A stretch of 64,000 nucleotides of DNA from Monocercomonoides exilis PA203 (GCA_001643675.2 LSRY02000010.1:434001-498000); one strand, 5' to 3'; counted from the first letter of the stretch, positions 24,001 to 35,739 are shown. Notes: generated by a model from the letters alone, not told the origin. Made by a program: numbers and translations.

Positions 24001-27000
24001 TTCAGGAGCAGCACATGTGGGGAAAGCGGTGAATGGGTATGGAGGATATGACTCGTGGTTTTGTGGGTTTGGGTATTTTCCATGCAAAACGATCGCGTTT
24101 GCTTCACAGAACAGATTCAGTTCGTCAAAGAAGAACATTGTGCTGGATTCAGGGTTTGAGCTGGGAGAGGTTGTGTCGATGGCGGGGTCATATGAATGGG
24201 AGGTGTATTGTGGGATTAACAAGACGAATGTGAATGCGAGGGTGCCGAGTGGAATGACATCTTCGTATTTGATAAATATTCAGAGGGCAAGCTCAATAAA
24301 GAACATTGCGTTCCAAATTCCATTTTCCTTGTCGAGTGCAACATCGCTCATTGGTTTGACCAGCTCATCACTCACACTCACAGATTGCTCAGTTGCTCAT
24401 TCATCAGAGAGCACATCGAGTGTAGCCTTTGGATATAGCATTGTGAATGTGCAAGGTGGGAGTCTGAAAATGGAACGATTTGTGATTGGTGGAGCACTTG
24501 TGTTTGGAGCTCATTCAGCGATTGAATTTTGTGAAGGAATGACGAGTGTGATTTGTTCAGGATGCAATATCAGTGGAGTCAAAAGGAATGAAGGAGATGG
24601 AGGATGGATGAAAGGAACAGTTGGGTCGAGTGGAACATTGACTGTTGATGGATGTAATGTGAATGGGTGCAGTTGTGTTGGTGGAAAGGGAGGAGGAATA
24701 TATGTTGTGTTGAAGGGAAATGGGAAAGTGGTTGTGAATGGAACGAGTGTGATTGATGGGAATAAGGCAGAGAATAATGGAGGGAATGGAGGGAGAGGAG
24801 GAGGGATGTTTGTGTTGATGGAGAGTGGGGGATGTGGATTGACAATTGGACAGAATGTTGAGTTTTCGAAAGATCATGGGAATGTTGCAGAATATGGGAA
24901 GGATGTGTTTGTGAGCTGTGGGAGTGGAGTGTTTCTTGAGTCAAAAGTGAATACCAGTTCATTTGCATTTTTTGACGCAAGCACCATTCCATCAGATGTG
25001 TTGAAGCTGAGTGGGAGTGAAAATGGGGATGAAAGTGGAGTGATCCCACTGTTTGTGTATTTGTGCACAATGGGGACAAAAGTGATTGTTGATGGGAGTG
25101 GAAGAAATGGGATGGACCATAATCATTGTGGATTTGATGGATTCAGGTGTTTGACAGTTGATTATTGTGCGAACTCAAGAATGAGCAGCACTGTGAATGA
25201 AATAGAGGTTGTCTCATCTTCATCAATAGCAAAGGAAATCACAGGACCATCATCATTTGGTGTGAGTATTTCAGGCAGAATAACATCATCAGCGGGGGAG
25301 AGGATGGGAGTGAACGTGAGTGATGGAGGATCAGCCACACAAGATTATCTTGTTGGATGTTCGAATTCACTGGCAATGAGGAGACTTTCATTTATTGTGA
25401 AGAGTCAGTTGAATTCCAGGAGAAAAGCATTCATTCATTCAACATCAACACTCAGTGTGACGAACTGTTCAGTCTCATTTGAAAGTGGGGCATTGACAAG
25501 TGGAAAGATAGGATACAGCATCATTGACATGGCAGGAGGTTATCTGATTGTTGATGGATTTGTGATGGAAAGTGGAGTGACACTGACAGTGAATGGGAAA
25601 TCGCCAATATCAATGACAAGTGGAGTGAAATTGGAGATATTGAAAAGCAGAGTGAGTGGAGTGGAAGTGGAAGGTGGGAGTGAAGGTGGGGGATGCTTGA
25701 ATGTTGGGATGGGCGTTAATGGGAATGCGAAAATTGAAGAATGCAATATATCCTCAACATGTTCAGGTGAAAGCGGAATGAAAGGAGGGGGGATGATGAT
25801 ATCAGTAGGGAAGGGAGGAACATTGAAAGTGAAAGGAGTGAAATTATCGGGATGTGTTGTGCCAAGAGAGGATGTTGAGGATGGAGGAAGAGGAATGGGA
25901 GGAGGGATGTTTGTTGAACTTCCCAATCAATTGGGAACAGTCATTTTGGAAGGAATGACATTTGAGGGGTGCAATGCCTGGAAAGGGAAGAATATGTTTG
26001 TTTCGGGATGGGATCTGAGTGAGATTGTGAACAAGGATCATTTCAAATGGGAGATGAGTGATGAGGAGTTGAGATCATTGGATGAGTTGTGTGGATGGGA
26101 AAGGAAGACAACAGGAGAGGGATATGTGATTCCACTGGTTGTGTATTTGTGGGATAATTGGAGTGGGAATGGGTTTGTTTCGAAAGAGGCAGGAGGAGAC
26201 TTCAGTGGGTGTGGGTATTCAGAAGCTCCATGCTCATCAGTCGATCATCTGATTTCACTGCGATATGCAACACTTGAGGAAGGGGAAACCTCTATCAGCA
26301 TTGTTGAATCAGGATTGCTTCAAAAATCAATATCTTTGCAATCATCATCATTATCAATAACTCCTATTGTATCAATTGAGGGGAGCGAGAAAGGAACAGT
26401 TCTGAAAGTGAGAGAAATGGATGATGAGGATATTGGAAAGTCGATGATAACATCGAATATTTGTCTTTCTTTCATGAACCTGTCATTTTCTCTTCCAAAT
26501 GAATTGGGGAAGCATTTATCATTTATCCAATCATATTCCTCCTCTTCTGCAACACTTTCAATTATGAGCTGTTCTTTTATTTGTGAGGATTCAACAAAAG
26601 AAACGAAGTATTGTTTGATGAAAGCGGATGGAGGAAGTGTTATGATTGAGGATTGCTCTCTTTCTCAGTTCGTTCTGGCAAAAGGGTTTTTGGAGTTTGC
26701 TCCAGAAGTGAAAGTGATTGATGTGGTGAATCTTGCGATATCGAGCTCATCCATATCTGAAAAGAGTCTGATTTCACAGGGAGAGGAAGCACATGTAAGC
26801 AGATGGAATAAGAATGGAGAACGAAATGCAAAGACAATTATGAGGATGAACAGCTCAACATTCACAAACATCACATTCGAAGGGAACAACCCATGCATTG
26901 CGAATATGGATTCGTTTTCAGTTGGTGTGGAATGTGTGATGGAAGGGTGTGTGCTGACGAAGTGCATGAGTGAGATGAGCGAGGAAGGTGGAGGAATGAA

Positions 27001-30000
27001 GGTGTGTCTGAAGAGTGGAGAATCCGATCTGAAGGTGAGAGGATGCTCATTTGTGATGTGTGAGTGTTCAACGGTGAATGGGAGAGGAGGAGGAGTGATG
27101 ATTGATGCACTTGATCCAAATGAGGGATGCATTGATACAAAAATACCACCACTTGGACTGAGATTGGAGAACATCCGATTTGTGATGAACGAGGCATTTG
27201 TGGGGAAGGATGTGTTCATCAAGTGCCACTCGATTGCAGAGCAGGTGAATGAAACGCTGTTTGTGCTGGATTTCAGCCAGGATGCTCTGAAGTCGAACAA
27301 CTCAATTTGTGGGAGGGATGCAGTCAATGAAATTGATGTTGATCTGATTCCGCTGATCACATTCTTTCACTCAACTCAGGTGTTTGTGAGTGTGAATGGA
27401 AGCGATAGCAGACAGTGTGGAGCACAGAATACTCCGTGTCTGAGCATAAGTTGTGGGATTCAACATATTGAAAAAAGTCTTTTGAACGTGATGTGGATTG
27501 ATGGAGAATGCTTGATTGGTGGAGAGTGTGAGATAGGAGATTTGAATGTGAAATCATTGAAGAGAGCGCAGGCAACCATCCATTTTAATGCAAGGATTGA
27601 AGAAACAGGGAGCGAAGGGAGTGCGATTGTGTTTTTGAATGAGTGTGCTGTGGAGAGGTGTGAATTTGTGTTTGGGGAATCATTTGAAGGAGTTCAGGAA
27701 AGTATTTTGAAAGAAAAGGATGGGGAATTGGAGATTTCTGAGTGCAGATTTAGCTCAGCAACGATGGATCTGGTGATGAAGAACACGATTGTGAGTGTGG
27801 AGAGTGGAGAGCTGAAGATTTCAGAAACAATATTTGATGGGATTTGCACCACAGCACCACTTCTATCATTAACAAAAGAGGGAAAGATTGTGGTTTTTGA
27901 AACAAACATCTCAGAGATTGTTAGTGAAGGAGAAGTGATTCGCATTGGAATGAAGGCAGAGGTGGAGACGAAGGAAGTGAATTTTGAGAATATCTCTGTG
28001 GAAAATGAAGGAAGTGAGATGAGGATGGATAGAGCTGAAAAAGATGTGAGTGTATTGAACTGCTCTTTTGCGAAATGCAGGAGTACAAAAGAGAAGGGGA
28101 GAATGATGGAGATTTGTGAATGTTTGAATGTAAGGATTGGATCATGCGTGTTTGATGGAAGTGCAAATGAGAGAAATGAATATCATTTGAATGAAGAAGA
28201 GGAGATGTGCAGATGGGAAGGTTCTCTTGTGGATGTTGTGAATAGTTCTGTGATGATGAAAGATTCAACAATATCGAATTCACCAGAAGGTGGAATATCA
28301 ATGAGTGGAGGGGCAATTACTGTTTATGATGGAAGATTTGAAAACAACAATCCATCAATTGAGGGATATCCATCGCTGAGAAGAAACTTCATCTGTTCAG
28401 ATTCTGGAATATTGAATGTGATGAGTTTGAAAGGAGGAGATGGAGTTTTGCCAAATTCATCGCTTTGGATGTTGAATGAAGGGTGCAGTTTTGAAGGGAT
28501 TGTTTCAGAGAGAGATTCATCATTCTTCATTCCTGTATTAGAGAGTGTGGAAGCAAAAGGCGAGACAGATAGAATGAAACTGGCATTCAAAGGGATGCTT
28601 CTTGTTCCATGCAATTTGTCATTCTCAGTTGTGAAGAGTCTTGGAGAAGAGAAAGAGATTGAAAAACATCAATTTGATTCAAATGGATTCTTGTCAGAAA
28701 GAGAAGTTGAAGGGAGTGTAGCAAAAGATCTCATCAGCAGTTGTGGATATGAAATTGAGGTGAGCGTACATGTTTTGTTTGGGAGATCAGAATCTCCTTC
28801 TTCAACAAATTCAATCATTCTGAAGAACAAAAGTGAAATTGAACAAAAAGGGGATGAAAGAATTGCTGAAGGAGGAAAAGAAGGGAAATCGTTATGGATG
28901 TGGATTGTGATAGTTATATTTGTTGTTTTGTTCTTAATAGTTCTTGTTGTGTCAATTGTTCTGGCTGTTCGATGGAAGAAGCAAAAGAGACGAACAGAAG
29001 AATTGGAGATAATTGTGGAAGACAACATCAGAAAAGATCCGAAGCTGATTGAGATGGTGACGATGGAGATGTCACCTGAGGAGCAATGGAGGAGAGCAGA
29101 GAGAGAAGCAGAGAAGAAAAATGAAGAGAGGATAAAGAAGAGAATGAATGGGAAGGAGATGGTGCATTCGGAGTCTGAAGAGTATCTTTTGAGCGAGAGT
29201 GGATCAACAGAATACATATTGGGAAAGGACTCAGACAAGATTCCCGATTGGGCATTAGAAAAAGAGGAGGAGGAAGAGACAAGAAAAAGAACACCATCTC
29301 CATCCATTTCATCCACTTCAACAACAGACACTTCAGACACAGACACAACATTTGTTCGAACAGAAAGCCTGTGCCCCACCACCTCATCCATGTCAAACTT
29401 GGTGGATGCAATAGCCTGTTCTTCGCCTCATGAGAAGCTGATTGTGGATCTGCGAGATTCGTTGTTCATGTTGCTGCATGGGAGGAATGAAAAGAAAGAG
29501 ATTGCGATTGGCACTCTGCAGGAGAGAGAAGTGACCGCTGCCCAAATCCTGTTCTGGGTGGCGAATGGCGCACTTCACTCATTTGATGAGATGGAAAACA
29601 AACTTCAATCGTTGGCTAATCTGAGTCCTCACATTGTGCTGTTTTCAGAACACATGGTTATCTGTGTTGCCATGCACTCGGAGTGTTCTTCTTCCGATTC
29701 AGATTCATCTTCGATTTCATCATCCACGATTGTAACATCTTCGTCTGATGGCTCAAGAAGGAGCAAGAGATACGCACACTCGCCTCCACCTTCATCAGCG
29801 TTTGAGGATGATGAAGACAACAGAAATGAGTGTTTGCGATGGAAGGCACCTGAGCTGCTGATCAATATGAAGATGGGAGCAACAAAAGCTTCTGTTTCGT
29901 TTTCCATTGGGATGATGTTGTGGGAATGTTTGACACTGGAGATTCCATTTTCTGATTATGAGGCTGAGATGGCTGGAAGGAAAATAAGTGAGGGGCAACT

Positions 30001-30241
30001 TCCAAGTTTGATGAAAGTGAACGGATCAACTTATTTAGGAGTTGTTCAATCGTGTTTGTCTCCAAATCCGTTTGATAGGTGCACATTGATTGGGCTTAAG
30101 AGGGAGTTTATCCAGCGTTTTCCAGCAGGCGCTGTCATGCCAACAGTGTCAGATGCTCTTGACTTTGAAGAAGATGCAAACGTTGATGGAAATGGAAGCA
30201 GTTGCACTTATTGTTCATCGCTATCGACGAAACTCCATTGA
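21074..30241 (+). CDS. Giant single-exon type I membrane protein (3055 aa): signal peptide, repeated Cys/Gly-rich beta-helix-like ectodomain, TM helix, degenerate protein-kinase-like C-terminus
   Basis: Hydrophobic N-terminus and many GGG/GGA(I/L/M) motifs. Five CGxxxxPC-type motifs spaced ~350-400 aa apart. TM segment WMWIVIVIFVVLFLIVLVVSIVLAV followed by RWKKQKRR. Tail has LRWKAPE, FSIGMMLWECLT..IPF and CL..NP.DR. Confidence 0.88.
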   Translation: MRNRVFIVLSFVASASILQCQCMSLGSTIEDAFSKDGEKESEMIPACEHSSDYGEFEMKTFDTKNEEMHCSLKNGDSEGADERKRVLMKNKENKAKVKSNDPFDEKREDCSNTDILKVGRKGNGFGRSEMKGSVILKNSSVHLRGLGMGCGDGKGIACAWSESEIAMDGCGVIVESGISPLDLKGSCATLVNISLKTSKTQFPQIPPLFASNPTEDRLQCFGRVSICSSRFSSMTLSSAPFLSSPSIESASLSNMVFSNISISPSSRGSVSTSCWECSTLMDGCLFLSVCDVYDGGIIQSINSPLSSLVVSNTSFVGCCRTRNVEFIGSEDNKKSPGRQNLTDNGANTFTWCEWNGSRTTGTTYSYTDSASNGGAIFMCSRPMGMLSVKLCSFNVCLAHYTGGGITCNSIDSIEIVNSKFNGCVSETFIGGGIYACPISACVRISECEFLNCKANGNGGGLNLESFGVSKSECIKEEQGEGESACIFECSFTSCSITNTLGGGMFCKGVPATQFKMRSIQFISCLAVSRGGALCFAPWREVMLEDHVYCLFLFFHNCTCTDSTPCGRDIYFEDRYNLMPSSGNPLFESYTTNRDDERVCFAFDYTTGNWSYQHTQKKWWLNEGIKNIYVGFGGDDSSDMCGMSASAPCKTVGHAAEKSMAQLNSSITVLSGKHVSEGATISVGEKKISIVGKGKAVSVIGTSALSSPSPTLFSVTSGQLEMGHVGIDHNSIRSSSPNVFVVSVGSGTLSLEDVVISSSVNGESGISASVFVLALSQLRMSDVEIKNMKMNQPLFAEPSSAGSSSGESILGNLTVRNVNRTTGDGVVLAKRVKAGETFVVWNATMEGCECVNGNGGGIKVELEAPPSKVRIGDSTSHSGGATAFNRCSCRGYGGGVMLFLADDSFDFTISSVSFVGCSASNGGKDVFVNGSRLVSGTIIATKLNFSRNVSIYDELMGYDRNEIGMGIFPLNVFFDTFSGAAHVGKAVNGYGGYDSWFCGFGYFPCKTIAFASQNRFSSSKKNIVLDSGFELGEVVSMAGSYEWEVYCGINKTNVNARVPSGMTSSYLINIQRASSIKNIAFQIPFSLSSATSLIGLTSSSLTLTDCSVAHSSESTSSVAFGYSIVNVQGGSLKMERFVIGGALVFGAHSAIEFCEGMTSVICSGCNISGVKRNEGDGGWMKGTVGSSGTLTVDGCNVNGCSCVGGKGGGIYVVLKGNGKVVVNGTSVIDGNKAENNGGNGGRGGGMFVLMESGGCGLTIGQNVEFSKDHGNVAEYGKDVFVSCGSGVFLESKVNTSSFAFFDASTIPSDVLKLSGSENGDESGVIPLFVYLCTMGTKVIVDGSGRNGMDHNHCGFDGFRCLTVDYCANSRMSSTVNEIEVVSSSSIAKEITGPSSFGVSISGRITSSAGERMGVNVSDGGSATQDYLVGCSNSLAMRRLSFIVKSQLNSRRKAFIHSTSTLSVTNCSVSFESGALTSGKIGYSIIDMAGGYLIVDGFVMESGVTLTVNGKSPISMTSGVKLEILKSRVSGVEVEGGSEGGGCLNVGMGVNGNAKIEECNISSTCSGESGMKGGGMMISVGKGGTLKVKGVKLSGCVVPREDVEDGGRGMGGGMFVELPNQLGTVILEGMTFEGCNAWKGKNMFVSGWDLSEIVNKDHFKWEMSDEELRSLDELCGWERKTTGEGYVIPLVVYLWDNWSGNGFVSKEAGGDFSGCGYSEAPCSSVDHLISLRYATLEEGETSISIVESGLLQKSISLQSSSLSITPIVSIEGSEKGTVLKVREMDDEDIGKSMITSNICLSFMNLSFSLPNELGKHLSFIQSYSSSSATLSIMSCSFICEDSTKETKYCLMKADGGSVMIEDCSLSQFVLAKGFLEFAPEVKVIDVVNLAISSSSISEKSLISQGEEAHVSRWNKNGERNAKTIMRMNSSTFTNITFEGNNPCIANMDSFSVGVECVMEGCVLTKCMSEMSEEGGGMKVCLKSGESDLKVRGCSFVMCECSTVNGRGGGVMIDALDPNEGCIDTKIPPLGLRLENIRFVMNEAFVGKDVFIKCHSIAEQVNETLFVLDFSQDALKSNNSICGRDAVNEIDVDLIPLITFFHSTQVFVSVNGSDSRQCGAQNTPCLSISCGIQHIEKSLLNVMWIDGECLIGGECEIGDLNVKSLKRAQATIHFNARIEETGSEGSAIVFLNECAVERCEFVFGESFEGVQESILKEKDGELEISECRFSSATMDLVMKNTIVSVESGELKISETIFDGICTTAPLLSLTKEGKIVVFETNISEIVSEGEVIRIGMKAEVETKEVNFENISVENEGSEMRMDRAEKDVSVLNCSFAKCRSTKEKGRMMEICECLNVRIGSCVFDGSANERNEYHLNEEEEMCRWEGSLVDVVNSSVMMKDSTISNSPEGGISMSGGAITVYDGRFENNNPSIEGYPSLRRNFICSDSGILNVMSLKGGDGVLPNSSLWMLNEGCSFEGIVSERDSSFFIPVLESVEAKGETDRMKLAFKGMLLVPCNLSFSVVKSLGEEKEIEKHQFDSNGFLSEREVEGSVAKDLISSCGYEIEVSVHVLFGRSESPSSTNSIILKNKSEIEQKGDERIAEGGKEGKSLWMWIVIVIFVVLFLIVLVVSIVLAVRWKKQKRRTEELEIIVEDNIRKDPKLIEMVTMEMSPEEQWRRAEREAEKKNEERIKKRMNGKEMVHSESEEYLLSESGSTEYILGKDSDKIPDWALEKEEEEETRKRTPSPSISSTSTTDTSDTDTTFVRTESLCPTTSSMSNLVDAIACSSPHEKLIVDLRDSLFMLLHGRNEKKEIAIGTLQEREVTAAQILFWVANGALHSFDEMENKLQSLANLSPHIVLFSEHMVICVAMHSECSSSDSDSSSISSSTIVTSSSDGSRRSKRYAHSPPPSSAFEDDEDNRNECLRWKAPELLINMKMGATKASVSFSIGMMLWECLTLEIPFSDYEAEMAGRKISEGQLPSLMKVNGSTYLGVVQSCLSPNPFDRCTLIGLKREFIQRFPAGAVMPTVSDALDFEEDANVDGNGSSCTYCSSLSTKLH

Positions 30242-31201
30242 TGATTGGCAAGATCAAAAGCGATTTGGAAATTTTGAAAAAATGAACAACAGCAAAATAT
30301 TATGTTGCGATGAAATGTGTGAATAATAGCTATTGATTATTTTGTTGAAGTTTATACATGTATATTTGATAATATCCATTTGAAAGTTGAACTTTCGTTG
30401 GCTGTCACAGTTTTTTTTTCATTAGACTTCTTGCATTCGCGATTTCTTTTATGATATCGTTTTAGCACCATATTTTCACTTTGAATTTTTGGTTTATCTT
30501 TCGTTTTTTTAAAACATAATTTTTGAATTATTTTTGTAATGTATGTATTTATCACCTTTATTGAGTATTAATCTCATTTTTGACCAGATTTCTAATTCGC
30601 TAATTATTATATCCAACTGACTTGTTATTGTTTGAGTGTGTAATAGAATGTAAATATTTATCTTCTTTGTGCTTTATGAGCATTATTTTGTTTTGTTTTT
30701 TTTAATTCATGAATTTGCACAAATCACGCAAAAAGAAAACACCATTGAAAGGTCAAGAAATGAAATCTGATGAAAATTATTATTAATATATATATATATA
30801 TAGTTGACGATCACAATGACAAGCATATGTATATATTAGTAAAAGTTTATTCAAAGCATATTTCATTTCAAAAATTATGTTGGAGTATTGATAAACTTCA
30901 TGAGGAAATTCAGATTCACATTAATAAATTTAATTATCATAGATTATAATTTTCAGACAATTTTGAAAAAGAAGTTAATTTTTCCAATAATTAATTATTA
31001 AATTATATATTCGAAAAAAAAAATAAAATTTTGTTTAACAGTGACAAATATTTTTTAAACTACTATTTGTTTATTACAGTTGGTTTATTGAACCACTATA
31101 GTTTGTTGTTGTCTTTTAAAATCATTTTCAAATTTAATTTTTGACTCATTCAAAAAATTCATCGATTTGAAAGTTTTTTGAATCTTAAAAGAATATAAGA
31201 A

Positions 31202-34200
31202 ATGTCATCTCAAAAAAGTGAAGATTGCCACCAAGTGGAAGAATTTCATTCGATTCCATTCGAAGATTTCAATCTTGAATGGTTTGTATAACAATCTCAA
31301 TTGTGTAAAAATCCTTTTTATAGGAATCTCGAAATACAAAGATATCATAATGCACACATATTGAAAGGAATTCAAACATACGAAAACATCTGCTTTGATG
31401 TGTGCTTTTTGCAGTTTTATTTTATAAAAACTTTTTTTTAGGCACTATATTTCTTTGTGAGATTTTCTAGACAAATGCCAAAATTATCACTGGAATCCAT
31501 AAAATCACTTCTTTGGATATGCTTTGATGTTTGACTTTTAAAATTATTTGCGAAAAATTCATAAATGAAAATATTCTTAAACCCCTTAAAAAGGCGCTGG
31601 AATCAATGATCCAGAAAGTTATAAGCTTCGAATCCACATTTCCCAAAGATAAATGTGCATTGATCAGCAAAGCGTCGCTTGAATTCGGATCGCTTTGTGC
31701 TACAATCCAAAATGGTTTATTAGGAATTGTTATTATTGTAAATGGATTATACTGCGATGATCGATGCCTTCCAATCATTCTCTCCTCTTCAATACAGAAA
31801 TCACAGCAGCACAACAAATACTATGCTGAAGCACATGCGGAGAATGAAAGAAAAGGCTGCAGATATGATGATGGCACTTTGAAACTGAATAGCACATGCT
31901 CATCAATGAGCTCATCAACACCAACACCTTCGTCCACACCTCCAACTTGCAGTATAGAACCAACGGAGCTTCTAAGATTTATACTTTCGCTTTTGCTTCA
32001 TCTTCCAATATTCTTATTTAGTTCAGAAGGCTTTTTGAAACAACCTGAAGATCAGCGAGAAGGATCGATGCTGACGGCTCAGCTTTTTGATATTATTTCC
32101 ACTGCAATCAGCACACCAGCAACTCTCCGTTTAACTGAAGTTCCACCTATTTTCTCGCCAAACGCATGCGATGAAGACACTTTTCGCGGCGCACAAGATA
32201 TTCAACTGAAGATATCAGTCTTCCATTTTGTGCTTTCTCTTTTGTCTGCTGGTATTGTTTCACTTCCTTCACAAGATAGCGAAGAATTCACAACTTTTAA
32301 TTCTTCCATTGACTTATGCACATCAACTGCAGATGGTTTCCAAGTAATTTCTATCCTTTCAACAATGACTCTTCCCTTCCGTTTCCAACCGCTTGCCAAT
32401 CCAATTCGCGGCACATCTGCAACAACTCACAAATATGAGTATACTCTCCACTCACTCTTCTGCGGATGTGTTGATGCATTCTCTATCCAGTTCCAAAGAG
32501 GAAGGCCCCAACAGACAAGCCATGATACTTCAAAACCAACCCGACCGCTTCGATCAGCTCCACCCCGCCGACGACGCCGCATCTGCGAAGAAGGCACAGT
32601 TCGTCTTCCTCTGACGTTTTTACACGGCAAGCCGACAATCGATCCGTCCTTGTTCCCGACAAAGCCCGGCGAATTGTCTGATTATGCGAACGGAGTTCCG
32701 CTTCGCCCATCGACTGTTGCAGGCACCAGACGTCCAAAGCGCAATCGCACCCCAAAGCGCAGCACGCGAAAGGCTGTTAACCGCCCTCTATCTGCTGTTC
32801 CACCAGGATCCACACAGGTGCGTGCTTGCTCGGTACAGCTAGAAAGAACATATTCGCCGCTTTTGTTTCCGACATCTCCCACGCTATCGAGCCATCTGTC
32901 GTCGTTGTCACCTCCTCCGTATTCTATTTCGCCATCGCTGTCGCCATCACGCTTACCTTCTCCGTTCCCTGCAATTTCTGTTTCTCCTTCACCGCGGCAT
33001 TCGTATTCTCAGCCAGATTCTGCGAAAGGATCTCCATCTTTGAACAGCTCTTTTTCTGCACCCACTTCGCCTTCTTTGACACCTTCACTTATAGCAACAC
33101 CTGCTCCAAAGCCTCTTCCGATGTTTGAGCAGCCTACAACAGACATGGTATCTTTCTCACTTGAAATATCCGATGGACAATTGCACGAGTGTGCAATCAC
33201 TCTTCTGATTATTCCTCAAATAAAGCAAGACGCCTCGCAATCTGCTTGTGTGTTGACTGAAAAGTCGTTCAGGAGCATGAAGGAATCTTCTTTTGCTTCA
33301 AACATATCAACTCAAACATTAGAGCAAACAACATTGTCCGATAAAAGTACTTCTTCACTGATTGAATATCGCCCCTCTCCTTCTGTTTCAATGAAGCAGG
33401 TTGAAGCTCTTCGTTCTCCGTCAGTTGCCGAGCGTGTGCTTTCTGCGGTTCCACAGGAGCTTCCATTCCAACCGTCAAAATCGTCCTTCGTTACCACAGT
33501 GAAGCCAAAGAGCGCATCACAAGAAAGAGCAAGTGGATGGAAGGCAGCGGCAAGGCTGAAAGAAGAGGCAGACAGGGTTGCTGCAAACAGGAAGGAAAAG
33601 AACGAAAAGGAAGACGCACTCAGAAGAGAAGGAATTTTCGACCAGGGGTGGCTTGTTTCAGGAGGAAAAGCAAGATTGCCTGACGAAGAAGATGAAACAA
33701 ATGGAAAAGGAAGAAAAGCAAAACGAACACGAATAAGCGATCTGACAATTGATGTAAATCCTGCTTGTCCAGTTATTCGATCATTTCTCATGAAAAACAG
33801 GGAGAAAATCGATGTGACACTGAAATTTGGGAAGGGTTTATCTAAAAGCGAAAGCAGAAAAAGTGGCATTCGTTCGTCAGACGAGAGGGACGATGCATTT
33901 GACAGAGCAATCGGAGAGAAAAGTCCACCAGCAAAGCAAGTTATGGATGAGATGAATGGAGAAGAACGAAAAAGCAATGAATACTTATCAGGCAGTGCCT
34001 GCGCAGATGAAACGAGCGAAGAAGCCAAATGGATGCTTGTTTCGCGAGTCGATCTTTTGCTGCTTGTCGAAGGAGACGATTTCCCCTCACCGGAAAATGC
34101 GGACATTTCGATTGATCCACTTTCCACCTTCACTTTGACTCTCACACCGAAACTACCAAAGGAGAAGAAGGACCGCCATCCTTCATCAGCTGTGAATGCT

Positions 34201-35532
34201 TCAGGAAGGAAAAAGAAAATTTCTTTCAGCAACTTTCAGAAGAACATTCACCAAAAATCTGCAAGCTCCATCACTTCCGCTTCGACTCAAACAGAAAAAG
34301 GCGCCAATTCTTTCCTCCGCCGCTCAACAGCGTCACCGTCGATTTATTTCAATCGGCGAATCCGCCCAAACACTTCGTCAATTCACCGCGTTAGTCGCAC
34401 TTCGATTTCTGGCTGCGGAAGCAGATCAGATTTACGCTCGAGCCTGCCTAATCCGCCAGTTGCTCCAACACACTTCAAATTCCATCGGAATAAACAAAAA
34501 ACATCAACCAATGTGGAATCAGAGCTTGTAAGTGAGGCAAATCCTTCGCGGTACAATCAAACTGAAGAAGCTCCACAGTTTTATGGATTAATTGAGTCAG
34601 TGACGAGTTTGCCATCGTTTGTTCCTACAGCAAAAAGCAATGAAATTAGGGCTCTATCAGAATTGGGGAAAAAAGACAACGCTTTTGATTTTGCTGCGAA
34701 TGAGAAACATTTGCATTTTCAGAAAGATTTCTCTCAAAATGCGAAATTGAAGCAAGCTAATCAGCATTTCCCAGCAAATGCAGCGAATCCTCAAACACCT
34801 CCATCAACACCAACCACGTCAAGACTTCCTCGAAAGTCTTCATCTCATTCAATAATATCACATCACTCACATTCACAACAACACACTTCAACAACCTTTT
34901 CTCTGCATCAGCCAGAATTTTCACGCCACAACACTCTTCTTGTTCATCCGATGCTGCGTGGGTCATTCACAACACACGCCTCATCGCCTTCTCATCCTTC
35001 TCTTCCGCCAACATTGAATCCTGCTTGGAGTGAGGAAAGCAAAGAAGCAGCTGCTTTTGTTGCTCCGCCTTTTGCAACACCAGAGACACACAATGGACAG
35101 ATGCAGAATCGAAGCTCGTTACACTGGATATATGGAACAAACCGCACAATTGGAAAGAAATCTTCTATTCAAAAAGTGAAAGATGAAAATGTTAAAGAAA
35201 AACTATCGAAACGAATTTCAACTCCAAATTTGACGCCATCGTCAACCTATTCGACACTCTCGCCCATAAGCGATGAAACAAGCAAGCTTTTAAGTTCTCG
35301 TGCCTCAAGTGCATCGAGCATTCACAAAGGAGGAGCATTTACCCTTTTTGCACTGAAGGAGCAGCAGAAGCGACTGCAGACACTCAATCGCGAGCCTGTT
35401 CCCTCTTTAACAGATGCCACAAGAGTATCGCTTCTGCCATTCAGACAGGTTGATATGTTCTCTGATGATATGCTATATCTCATCAGCGATGATGAACTAA
35501 GCGATGATGATGGAACGGAGAAGTCAAATTGA
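31202..35532 (+). CDS. Large hypothetical protein, helical N-terminus and Ser/Pro-rich disordered remainder (4 exons)
   Basis: 1333-aa ORF 31531-35532 plus three small upstream exons from ATG 31202 joined in frame by short GT-AG introns. No family recognised. Confidence 0.75.
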
Positions 35533-35739
35533 TATGATTTCCGTTTCTTTGATTTGTGTCTTATATGTAATTGTTAATTTTAATTGCTATTATTCTTTTT
35601 TTTTTCCTCCAAAAAATGAAATTTATACTTTTTTGTATGTACAATTTATCTGTCTTTTTTTATCACAGTTCATTCAAAATAAATACAACAACAAAAAAAT
35701 AAAAATTTCTATAATTCTTGTGAAATAAATAAATAAATA

